Shown piece after piece: positions 1 through 8,987 of a DNA stretch of 64,000 nucleotides (positions within the stretch are counted from its first letter, which is position 1; every line of letters starts with the position of its first letter). Under the pieces are notes generated by a model. The model saw only the letters and a program-made list of their open reading frames with translations, was not told where the DNA came from and searched no databases. Made by a program: the position numbers and the translations under genes. The stretch spans positions 201,236-265,235 of the forward strand of contig CBDDDG010000014.1 of assembly GCA_965226555.1 (NCBI GenBank), read 5' to 3'. The stretch comes from Salinispira sp. (GTDB lineage: Bacteria; Spirochaetota; Spirochaetia; DSM-27196; Salinispiraceae).

Positions 1-71
1 ACTATATAGACGGGTAAAATATGAATGGTGAATATGAGAAATTTTTTGAAAAAGTTTTATTATTTTGAGAT

Positions 72-285
72 ATTACAAAGTTTTGCTACTGAAAATTGTG
101 CTCTGCACAATTTTCAAATGAGGATTCTCTCATCCATATTCTTGATTCTCTCAAGGTATAGAAAGTTTTGCCACAGGCAAAACTTTGTTATATTCTTGAT
201 TCTCTCAAGATATAGAAAGTTTTGCTACTGGAAATTGTGCTTGCACAATTTTCCAAGGCAAAACTTTGGTGTGGCAAAACTTTGA
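72..285. repeat. Cluster of AT-rich modular palindromic elements (family P)
   Basis: Hairpin modules GCTACTG(G)AAATTGTGC-N2/3-GCACAATTTT, AATGAGGATTCTCTCAT, CTTGATTCTCTCAAG and AAAGTTTTGCCACAGGCAAAACTTT; the same modules recur at more than 10 places in the window. Confidence 0.85.
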
Positions 286-438
286 TGTGGTTTTGTAAAT
301 GATATCGGAGACTGAACGTTTGGGGTCATCTTTGGGGATGTGCTCTGAGTCGATGCGCTCTATGCTCCCGGGAACAATGCTCAGCGCGAGGTCCTTGTTG
401 AAGTATGAATATATGAAGTCCCGGAATATCTGAGGATT
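283..438 (-). pseudogene. Fragment of an Rpn-family (type A) gene
   Basis: Minus strand reads ENPQIFRDFIYSYFNKDLALSIVPGSIERIDSEHIPKDDPKRSVSDIIYK, matching the 42873 fragment; ends at a P palindrome. Confidence 0.7.
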
Positions 439-519
439 CTCTGAAGGAACTGGTATGTGAGGTTGATCTGAATGTTGATATTATCCGATCTGCGCGCAGG
501 CCGAGCGGCGATAATTAAT

Positions 520-639
520 GGGAACCTCTGGAAACTCGAAATTTTCATGATTCATTGCGTAAAACAACGTTGTTTTAAGCTCAATCATGCGGTCACTGGT
601 TAATTTTTTCTGCCAGATATTAGGTTTCCAGATGTTCCC
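520..639. mobile_element. 120-bp MITE with IS5-like ends
   Basis: 16-bp TIRs GGGAACCTCTGGAAAC / GTTTCCAGATGTTCCC; 4-bp TSD TAAT (516-519, 640-643); empty site AATTAATGCGATCC seen at about 2592 and 54569. Confidence 0.8.
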
Positions 640-1806
640 TAATGCGATCCGTTCCGCAATGTCCGAATTTCCTCATCGCTCAGCCCCGTAATTCTCTGAA
701 CAGCCTCTGTCGACAAGCCTTCCGAAAACATACTGCGAGCGTTTTTTCTCCGCTCCTCAATATGCCCCTCCGCGCGACCTTTCAGAATACCTTTCTCAAT
801 GCCCTCAGCCCTGCCCTTTGTGATACCCTGATCAAGACCTTCAATCCGGCCCTTCAGAACGCCTTTCTCCATGCCCTCAGCCCTGCCCTTTGTGATACCC
901 TGCTCAAGACCCTCAATCCGGCCCTTCGCAATGCCTTCTCTGACGAAGGCGTTGGTAATATTATATGTCCGCATACTGTTTTCTCCTTCAGAATATAGTT
1001 CCCTGTCAATTTTCTCAAACTGTCCATACAGTCCCAAGTCCTTCAGGTACCCTAGCACACTCTCTGCCAGATCAGTAAAGTCTTGTGATGACAGACCGTT
1101 CAGGAGCTGCGCAATCTCTTTCAGCCCCTCAGCATCCATTTCACTGAAAATTGTGCTCTGCACAATTTTCAAATGAGGATTCTCTCATCTATACTCTTGA
1201 TTCTCTCACGGTATAGAAAGTTTTTCCTAAAGGAAAAACTTTGTTATTATCTCGCATTATATACCACAACGCAGTCGATGTATATCGTTTTTCATCGGAA
1301 CGCCATGCCAACTGCTCCTTTTTCATTCGCCTCAGATCGCGCACAATGTACGACACTCTCGCCCTGACATCCACCATGGATTCGGAGGTTGTCTTTTCAT
1401 GAGAACTGTAAAATGTGAGTGGGAGGTTCCATTCCTTTTTTCCGTGGTAGAGCAGAAGTATATAGATAGCATCCCTTTCATTGTACACATTGCTGTTTCT
1501 GAGGGCATGCTGATAATTATCGATTTGAGTGAGAACGTGTTTGTGCTGGTAGCTTTTGTGTTCAATAATAAACAGAGATTTCCGCTCGGGGTCTGACAGG
1601 AAGGGGGCGCTGACAACGAGATCGCAGAGAAGGTTCTTTTTTCCTGCAATGTAGCTGGGGGTTTCAATGCGGATTTTGTCCAGATCCAGCTTGGCAAGCG
1701 TTGTATCCTCACAGAACAGCCGCAGCAGGTCGGGAACCATACGGGGGGTTCTGTAGTAGGCGATCTTAAAAGCAATATCATGGATATTGTATCCGGCATT
1801 ACTCAT
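639..1806 (-). pseudogene. Rpn-family PD-(D/E)XK nuclease split by a ~100-bp P-element insertion
   Basis: N-terminal ORF 1189..1806 (HDIAFK, CDLVV...IIEHKS; SD AGGAGG) and C-terminal ORF 639..1172 (GxxKGRxEG repeats, ITGLSDEE) are separated by palindromic modules at about 1146-1246. Confidence 0.85.
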
Positions 1807-2084
1807 ACATACCTCCTGTTATATCTATAACGGGTAAAAAGTCATTTTTAACTATGTTTTTTGAAAGAATTTTGCAAAATTTGTGAATTTTTTTCGGGGA
1901 GTCGGGAATGGCGGGCTGATATGCTCTGTGTCGATATATTTTCCGCTCATACTATATAGACGGGTAAAATATGAACGGTGAATGATAAAATGAGAAAGTT
2001 TTTCAAAAAGTTTCTATTATTTTGAGATATTACAAATTTTTGCATTGGAAAATTGTGCTTGCACAATTTCCAGTAGCAAAACTT

Positions 2085-2325
2085 CTATAAAATAGGAGAA
2101 TGCTAAGCACAAAGACAGCATTCCAAATGAGATATTAGCCTGATCCAGACTCATGGGCGAGCCGGATGCTTGGGCGAGCAGCGCTGAAGCGCCGACCAGC
2201 CTAGGAGACGCGGCCTCCCCAACCAGCAACAGTCGCATGGTGAGCAATCGAAAAAAGGCAGGAGCGGGTTCTCCGCTCCTGCCTGAGTTGAATTGCAACA
2301 TTTCAATAGCCGCTGGGCTATGAAA
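2085..2325 (-). repeat. Conserved structured element downstream of DUF285 genes (terminator plus GC-rich family G modules)
   Basis: Homologous to 42483-42730 (+), 56640-56757 (-) and partly 54400-54490; contains the hairpin AGGCAGGAGCGG-AGAA-CCCGCTCCTGCCT followed by a T run. Confidence 0.75.
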
Positions 2326-2577
2326 CTAAAACCATGTCGGCGGCGTTGTTACGCCAGAACCATTAAACATATTTGTTTTGTTTCCGGTATATTTGCCATT
2401 AGCATCAAGCGTCCAATGTTCCTTCCACTCCTCAAGATTCTGATTGAATGCGCTTGCGTTCAGGAACATAGCGTCCATAGTCGTTACCGAACTGACATCC
2501 CAGCCGGAAATGTCGCGATTGAATGCGCTTGTAAAATAGAATATATTGTTCATATTCGTTACCGAACTGACATCCTA
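2326..2577 (-). pseudogene. 3' fragment of a DUF285/BspA-like surface protein gene
   Basis: FNRDISGWDVSSVTTM repeats and LEEWKEHW...PTWF terminus like 40790 and 56758; the 5' part is replaced by the Rpn downstream sequence. Confidence 0.8.
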
Positions 2578-2593
2578 GGCCGAGCGGCTCCAA

Positions 2594-3226
2594 TTAATGC
2601 GATCCGTTCCGCACTGTCCGCATTTCCTCATCGCTCAGCCCGGTAATCCTCTGAACAGCCTCAGTTGACAAGCCTTCCGAAAACATACTGCGGGCCGTTT
2701 CTCGAATGCCTTCTTCACGGCCTGTCCGCAGTCCTTCCTGCCGACCTTTCAGAATGCCTTTCTCCATGCCTTGGTTGACAAACCAATCGCTCATCTGAAC
2801 TTTTTTCATCATACGTCTTTCTCCTTCGGGATTTATTTCCCTGTTGATTTTTTCAAAGCGTGTATCCAGTTTCAAGGCCTTCATATAGAGCAGAAGGTTC
2901 GGGATCATCTCTCGGGAATTCTCTGCGGGAAGTTCCTTCAGATACTTCGCAACCTTCCGCAAGTCTTCATCGCCTGTCTTACTGACTTTCCGCATAATAT
3001 AGCACAGAGCTCCCCCTGTCAACACAACTCCGTCTGACCCACGGGTAAACTCCTCCTCGCTCATCCTATTCAAATCGACCATAATAGGCCTATTGAGAAC
3101 CTTTGGCCTCGCAAGGTATTTTTCCATCATTGTGTACAATTTTTCCGGTATGTGTGTATGTATATCTTGGGAACTGTGAAAACTGAGATTTCCTTCCCAT
3201 AGTGCTTCGCCATGGTACCATAACAC
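2594..3226 (-). pseudogene. N-terminally truncated Rpn-family gene
   Basis: Begins at the LWYHG motif (no PD-(D/E)XK core); C-terminal GRQEG repeats and ITGLSDEEMRTVRNGSH. Confidence 0.8.
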
Positions 3227-3282
3227 TCTCCTCTCCCTATAGTATCGTGCTTAGAAGAGTGTCCGTTAAATCGAAGCAAGAT

Positions 3283-3349
3283 CATTCAGGATGTTACCGG
3301 GCTGAGCGATGAGGAAATGCGGACAGTGCGGAACGGGTCGCATTAATTG
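3283..3349 (+). repeat. Solo copy of the Rpn 3' tail
   Basis: TTACCGGGCTGAGCGATGAGGAAATGCGGACAGTGCGGAACGGGTCGCATTAATTGG, inverted relative to 2590-2660. Confidence 0.8.
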
Positions 3350-3418
3350 GGGACAGTCCAAAAGTTTCTTGTAATGGCATGACGAGTAAAATGGAGATGC
3401 TTCATAACCAGAGTATAC

Positions 3419-5602
3419 CTATCTGGATCGTCCTCCCGATCGTCTGCGAGATCGTCCTCCCGAGTGCCCTCCGGCTCTGGATCGCGTTTCAGAATGCTTT
3501 CCCGATCGCGTTTCGGATCGCCCACCGGAATGTTTTCCTGATCGTTTTCGGGAGGATGTATGTTTATTTCCCTTTTTCTGTGTTCGCAATAGGGAGAGAA
3601 TTTCGGGAGAAATACGGGAAAACCAGTCTCTGTTCAGCGGGCTGACACTGCGGGCAAAAGTACGGGTTGTCTTGACAATCTCACCGGCCACCAGAAAATC
3701 CGGAGCATCACGGAACATGGCTGATCCGGGATGAATTTCAATGCGTTCCGCCGTAAGGCTGTGGTAGGAGGTTCTGCCGGTGCGTATGCAGATAAATTGA
3801 ATCAGGCCCTTTGCAATTGAGCACATAAATGCTGCCAATAATTCTCCGCGCAGCCAACCTGCTCCGGCGCGCCCGGCGGAACCAGCACTGTCGGAGCCGA
3901 CACGCGCGCCCATTTCCTCGACAATTTCACTGAGCTGCTGTTTTACATTGACAATTTCGGACATGACCTGAAAGTCAAGATATGCTGTATCGCAGAACGC
4001 TTCACGTTTTTTTGCCGTCCTGAATTTCTGGAAGATATGGAGATAACTGACGAAATCGCCTGCGGGGTCATGGAAACGCCGGTGAGCCTCGCGGGCTGCG
4101 TTTTCTTCTCCATGAGGAAGACGGAGGGGGCTGTTGGTCGAAAGAAAGCAGACCGCAATAATTACCTCATTGAGAACCTCAGGATAATTCCGCATTGCTT
4201 CAACAATAATACGCGAATGACGGGGGATGAGGGGAAATATGGACATCTGCGCCCCGATACTGCTGAGCGATTTGTCGCTGTTCAAGGCATCCAAATGGAT
4301 GAGGGTTCTCGTGGCGCTTTCTATGGCAGCCTTTCCGGGTGAGGAAATAAAATCAAAATTTTCAAAATTCCGAATTCTAAGACCGGCCATCCGCAGGACA
4401 ACCTCCGACAAATCGGTACGGTAAATTTCTTCCTGCGTGAACGGTTCCTTAAGCGCGCCATGCCGATAGAGCCGGTAGCAATCGCCCGGCCCGGTTCGTC
4501 CTGCCCGTCCGCGCCGCTGGTCTGCCGATGCCTGCGAAATGTTTTTTTCAATGAGGCTGGAGGTATATGTTTGGGAATTATAATAGTTGATCTTTGCCAG
4601 GCCGGAATCGATAACGGTATGTATGCCATCGATGGTAATGCTTGTTTCGGCTATGTTGGTTGCGATAACGACCTTTATTTTGCCGGGCGGCGGAGGAAGA
4701 AAAACCCTATCTTGCTCCTCCTTACTCAGGCGGGCGTAGAGGGGAATAATGTAAAGGCGCCGATGAAAGGGCTCCGAGGAGAGGGCATGAACACAGTCCT
4801 TTATGAGTTTTTCTCCAGAAAGAAAAACGAGTATGTCTTTTCCGGCATGTTCATCGTTTTGATCTTCGGCGCTGCCGTTGGAGCCGCCATCGTAGTCGCT
4901 TATTTTTCCGGCAACAATACCAACGATACGCTCAATGAGCGATTCAGGATCCCCCGGGTTGCGGGGAGGAGCATATGTCATGTTAATGGGAAAGGTTTGG
5001 GTCTTAATGCGTACTATGGGGGCATTGTTGAAATAGCGTGAAAAAATTTCGGTTTTGATGGTGGCTGAGGAGATGATGATTTTCAGTTTTGGTCGATTTT
5101 CCAGAATCTGCTTCAGAAGTCCGAGAATAAAATCGATGTTCAGGCTGCGCTCATGAGCCTCATCAATCATGAGTACCGAATAATTACGCAGAATGGGGTC
5201 GGCTTTAATTTCCTGAAGGAGAATGCCATCGGTCATAATTTTTATGCGCGTGCGGGGGCTGGTAGTATCCGCGAAGCGAATTTTATACGCAGCCACATCA
5301 GCGGAACTCTGCGAAAATCCGCCGCCATCACCATCATCATCAGCGCCGCCGCCATCAGCGCTGGAAAATTGACGCTGAATATAGTCTGAAATTCCCACTG
5401 CCGCAATGCGCCGGGGTTGAGTAATGCCGATAATCCCATTCCGGTCATATCCCGCTTCATGAAGAATGATCGGCAGTTGGGTGGTTTTTCCGCTGCCGGT
5501 TGGGCTTTCAACAATAATTACCTGATGGGTTTTGAGAGTATGTAAGATATATTCCCGTTGCTGGTAAACCGGAAGTTGCTGTGATTTTATATACCCACGC
5601 AC
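3419..5602 (-). CDS. hrpA: DEAH-box ATP-dependent RNA helicase HrpA-like
   Basis: GSGKTTQ, TQPRRIAA, DEAHERS, SAT and QRRGRAGR motifs. Confidence 0.92.
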   Translation of the reverse strand: MRGYIKSQQLPVYQQREYILHTLKTHQVIIVESPTGSGKTTQLPIILHEAGYDRNGIIGITQPRRIAAVGISDYIQRQFSSADGGGADDDGDGGGFSQSSADVAAYKIRFADTTSPRTRIKIMTDGILLQEIKADPILRNYSVLMIDEAHERSLNIDFILGLLKQILENRPKLKIIISSATIKTEIFSRYFNNAPIVRIKTQTFPINMTYAPPRNPGDPESLIERIVGIVAGKISDYDGGSNGSAEDQNDEHAGKDILVFLSGEKLIKDCVHALSSEPFHRRLYIIPLYARLSKEEQDRVFLPPPPGKIKVVIATNIAETSITIDGIHTVIDSGLAKINYYNSQTYTSSLIEKNISQASADQRRGRAGRTGPGDCYRLYRHGALKEPFTQEEIYRTDLSEVVLRMAGLRIRNFENFDFISSPGKAAIESATRTLIHLDALNSDKSLSSIGAQMSIFPLIPRHSRIIVEAMRNYPEVLNEVIIAVCFLSTNSPLRLPHGEENAAREAHRRFHDPAGDFVSYLHIFQKFRTAKKREAFCDTAYLDFQVMSEIVNVKQQLSEIVEEMGARVGSDSAGSAGRAGAGWLRGELLAAFMCSIAKGLIQFICIRTGRTSYHSLTAERIEIHPGSAMFRDAPDFLVAGEIVKTTRTFARSVSPLNRDWFSRISPEILSLLRTQKKGNKHTSSRKRSGKHSGGRSETRSGKHSETRSRAGGHSGGRSRRRSGGRSR

Positions 5603-6406
5603 TTAAATGAGTGTCCGATAATCTGTGTGATCAGCTTCAACACTTTTGAAATACCTGAATGTTGCGACTGTGAGTTCGGAAGCAGCTTCTTCATCGCAAA
5701 TAACGATGGCATGCCGATGAAGTTGGAGGCAGCTGGCAGTCTGGAGATGATTAACTCCATGTTCCACAATCTGCGCAAGAGCGCGGGCCTTGCTGTGTCC
5801 ATTCACGAGCAGTACAACCTCCCGGGCATCCATAATTGTACCGACTCCTACGGTCAGCGCCATTGTGGGAACAGCATCAATAGTGTTGTCAAAGAAGCGG
5901 GAATTCGCGACTCGGGTATCGTGGGTAATTGTTTTTACACGGGTGCGGGAGCTGAGGCTGCTTCCCGGCTCATTGAATGCGATATGCCCATCGCTCCCAA
6001 TACCTCCGAGAAAAAGGTCTATTCCTCCGGCTTGCTGAATGGCTTTCTCATAGTTTTCACATTCCGCTTCTAAATCATCTGCCGTACCGTCGGGAATATG
6101 AGTATTTTCCATTTTTATGTCAATATGAGAAAAAAAATGTTCCCTCATGAATCTATGATAACTCTGCGGGTGTTCATGGCTGAGACCAACATACTCATCC
6201 ATATTGAAGGTGCTGACATTCTGAAAACTTATAAGTCCCTTATTATGGAAATTGATGAGAGCCGTATAGGTTCCGAGAGGAGAAGAGCCTGTGGGCAATC
6301 CGAGTACAAAGGGGCGGTCAGCAGTATGCTGCCGTATTTTTCTCATAATATATGCGGCCGCCCAGAGCCCCATATTTTCATAGCTGTCCTGTATTATTAT
6401 TCGCAT
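5603..6406 (-). CDS. nagB: Glucosamine-6-phosphate deaminase
   Basis: LGLPTGSSP, FNMDEY and GHIAFNEPGSS motifs. Confidence 0.97.
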   Translation of the reverse strand: MRIIIQDSYENMGLWAAAYIMRKIRQHTADRPFVLGLPTGSSPLGTYTALINFHNKGLISFQNVSTFNMDEYVGLSHEHPQSYHRFMREHFFSHIDIKMENTHIPDGTADDLEAECENYEKAIQQAGGIDLFLGGIGSDGHIAFNEPGSSLSSRTRVKTITHDTRVANSRFFDNTIDAVPTMALTVGVGTIMDAREVVLLVNGHSKARALAQIVEHGVNHLQTASCLQLHRHAIVICDEEAASELTVATFRYFKSVEADHTDYRTLI

Positions 6407-7623
6407 TATATGCTCCTTCTCCCTGCTATCGGTTTTCCCGTTGCGGTTCGTTTTCGTTGTAGTTCGTTTTTTTTGAATTCGCCGTCAATTATAGTTGCAA
6501 TGCATTCAAAATTCTCGTTGAACACTGCTATATCTGCTCTTCGGCCAGGGAACAGATCGCCCAGTATGTGGTCGCGGTTCAGAATAGCTGCGGGGGTATG
6601 GGTTGCCATGAGTAAGGCATTAGTTACGGATATTCCGCATTCTACTATTTTGGCAACACCCTTATTGAGGGTGAGGGAGGATCCGGCCATTACATTGTCG
6701 CGTGTGCGGAAAAAGACATTGTTCTCATGGAGATACACTTCTTCATTGTTTGCAAGCAGGCAGCCTTCTGTCTGTCCGGCAGGACGGATGGAATCGGTAA
6801 CAAGGCATATTTTGTCTGCTGCCTTTTCCCTGAGCAGCAGTTTGATAATTGCCGGGTGCACGTGTTCCCCATCGGCAATGAGTTCGCAGGTCATTTCCGG
6901 GTGAACAAGAATGGCGCCGACCATGCCCGGATCCCTGTGCAGCATTTCACGCATGGCGTTAAAAAAGTGAGTTGAATGAGTAATACCGGCTTCCATACCT
7001 TCACGCATTTGTTCATATGTGGCGTCTGAATGCCCTGCCTGCAGTACGATGTTTTTTTTCGTGCAGTACAGCGCAAGCTCGCGCATATTCTTCAGCTCCG
7101 GCGCCACTGTCATGTTCGTGATATTGTCTCCTGCAGCCTCTACATAACGGTCCATGAGATCAATATCAACCTTTTTCATGTATTCAGCGAGCTGCGCCCC
7201 CCGCTTTTTGGGGTTAATAAAGGGTCCTTCTAAATGCATCCCGAGAATATGCGCACCCTTCTCCTTTCCCATCGCTTCTCTCACAGCATGAATGGAGGCA
7301 AAAAAATCTTCGTCCTTTTGAGGATAGATAGTAGGGCAAAATGCGGTTACTCCGTAGTCGACAAGGGCATCGCTCATACATGTAATTGCTTCCACGCTAT
7401 GATCGCTTGTTCCATGTCCATGAAGGCCATGGATATGAGTATCAATAAGTCCGGGGCTCAGGTATGCGCCGCCAAGATCGTATAATTCAGTTCCATGAGG
7501 AAATTGTTTCTGCTCAAAGCGCTTTTTTGAGAAAACATCGGAGATGTATCCATCTTCTATACGTATTGCACTCTGATCCAACCGGGTTATTCCGGTAAAT
7601 ATTGTCGCGTTATATAAAACCAT
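6406..7623 (-). CDS. nagA: N-acetylglucosamine-6-phosphate deacetylase
   Basis: PGLIDTHIHG, HLEGPF, THFFNAM and VTDS motifs; coupled to nagB. Confidence 0.96.
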   Translation of the reverse strand: MVLYNATIFTGITRLDQSAIRIEDGYISDVFSKKRFEQKQFPHGTELYDLGGAYLSPGLIDTHIHGLHGHGTSDHSVEAITCMSDALVDYGVTAFCPTIYPQKDEDFFASIHAVREAMGKEKGAHILGMHLEGPFINPKKRGAQLAEYMKKVDIDLMDRYVEAAGDNITNMTVAPELKNMRELALYCTKKNIVLQAGHSDATYEQMREGMEAGITHSTHFFNAMREMLHRDPGMVGAILVHPEMTCELIADGEHVHPAIIKLLLREKAADKICLVTDSIRPAGQTEGCLLANNEEVYLHENNVFFRTRDNVMAGSSLTLNKGVAKIVECGISVTNALLMATHTPAAILNRDHILGDLFPGRRADIAVFNENFECIATIIDGEFKKNELQRKRTATGKPIAGRRSI

Positions 7624-7681
7624 ATGATATTGATAAAACTTTCTTTATGTATGTTGACTCTATAATTTCTGCGGAGTTTTG

Positions 7682-8896
7682 TCAATTCATATGGTGCGGT
7701 TTTTTTCGGGGACGCTCTCGGGTTGCCATATCGTAGGCATAAATTCTGTTACTTTTATCATCCGCCACCCACATGGTTGTTCCATTCGACCAGATGCCGA
7801 CTGGATTATCGGGAAGACTGGCGAAATCAATTTTTGATGTATCCCGTTCTCCGCTATTCAACGTATAGGCTGCAATTACTTCACGGTCAATATCCATCAC
7901 CCACATTGTTACTCCATCCGACCAGATGCGCCAAGGATTATGCTCCGCGGTAAAACTTCCATCGGTGGCTGTCCCGTCATTTATATCATAGGCCTCAATG
8001 GGTAGTGTAGAAGTAACTTGTCCTACCCACATCGTTGTGCCATTCGACCAGATCGCCGTGAGAGCTAGGAATGTGCCGGATGCGGGGATGATTTTTGTAG
8101 CATCGTTTTCTTTGGTAATCATGTTATAGGCATAGATTATTCTATCGCCGGAATCTATTACCCACATTGTTGTTCCATTTGACCAGATGTCTCCGGGGTT
8201 ACTATTCCCATCATCAGTAGCATCCATAGGATCTCCGGTATAAAGCGTGTTAAAATCTTTGGCCTCGTCGCGTTCCTTCGTAATCATGTTGTAGGCATAG
8301 ATTTTTTTATCTACACTATCCGATACCCACATTGTTGTTCCATCCGACCAGATACCATAAGGTTCAGTATTCACGGCGGCAAGTATGAAATCGTCTCGGT
8401 GATCCCCTGCGGCAGTATATCCGTCTTTCGCATAACCATATCGGTCGTAGATCATGCCGGTTGCCCTGTTAATGCCCTCAGCATTAAAGCCGTTTTTGTC
8501 GTAGCCGTTTATGTCGTAACCAGCCGGGTTATATATCTCGCCCGTTTCGCGGTGCCGGGCTTCAGTGTCAAAGCCAGCCGCGTTAAAACCGTCTTTGTCA
8601 TAGCCATTCGAGTCGTAGCCGTCTTTGTCATAGCCGTCTTCGTCATAACCGTTTCCTGCATAACCGTCTTTATCATAACCGTCTTTGTCGTAGCCGTTTC
8701 CTGCGTAGCCGTCTTTGTCGTAGCCATTCGAGTTGTAGCCGTCTTTGTCATAACCATTCGGGTCGTAGCGCGTGCCGGTCTCCTGATGAATGCCTGCGTC
8801 ATTAAAGCCGTTTGCATCATACATTTCGCAGGCAACGAGAAGTACCCCCGCGATAAAAAGCCCTATCCCTATGAGCGCATAGTGTCCTGATTTCAT
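7682..8896 (-). CDS. Lipoprotein with GYDxx pentapeptide repeats and a WSxGTTMWV beta-propeller
   Basis: Lipobox LVAC; GYDKD/GYDSN repeats; five WS(D/N)GxTMWV blades; paralog at 51502. Confidence 0.85.
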   Translation of the reverse strand: MKSGHYALIGIGLFIAGVLLVACEMYDANGFNDAGIHQETGTRYDPNGYDKDGYNSNGYDKDGYAGNGYDKDGYDKDGYAGNGYDEDGYDKDGYDSNGYDKDGFNAAGFDTEARHRETGEIYNPAGYDINGYDKNGFNAEGINRATGMIYDRYGYAKDGYTAAGDHRDDFILAAVNTEPYGIWSDGTTMWVSDSVDKKIYAYNMITKERDEAKDFNTLYTGDPMDATDDGNSNPGDIWSNGTTMWVIDSGDRIIYAYNMITKENDATKIIPASGTFLALTAIWSNGTTMWVGQVTSTLPIEAYDINDGTATDGSFTAEHNPWRIWSDGVTMWVMDIDREVIAAYTLNSGERDTSKIDFASLPDNPVGIWSNGTTMWVADDKSNRIYAYDMATRERPRKKPHHMN

Positions 8897-8987
8897 ACAA
8901 TCACCTCCATAAAATCTTACTCATAGTATAACAGAAAGTTTTGCATTCTGCAAAACTTTATCAATGCAAAAGTTTCTATATAGTATA

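Noticed and set aside
72..285. P palindromes as CRISPR repeats or integron attC sites
   Set aside because: No regular spacing, no unique spacers, no integrase or cas genes
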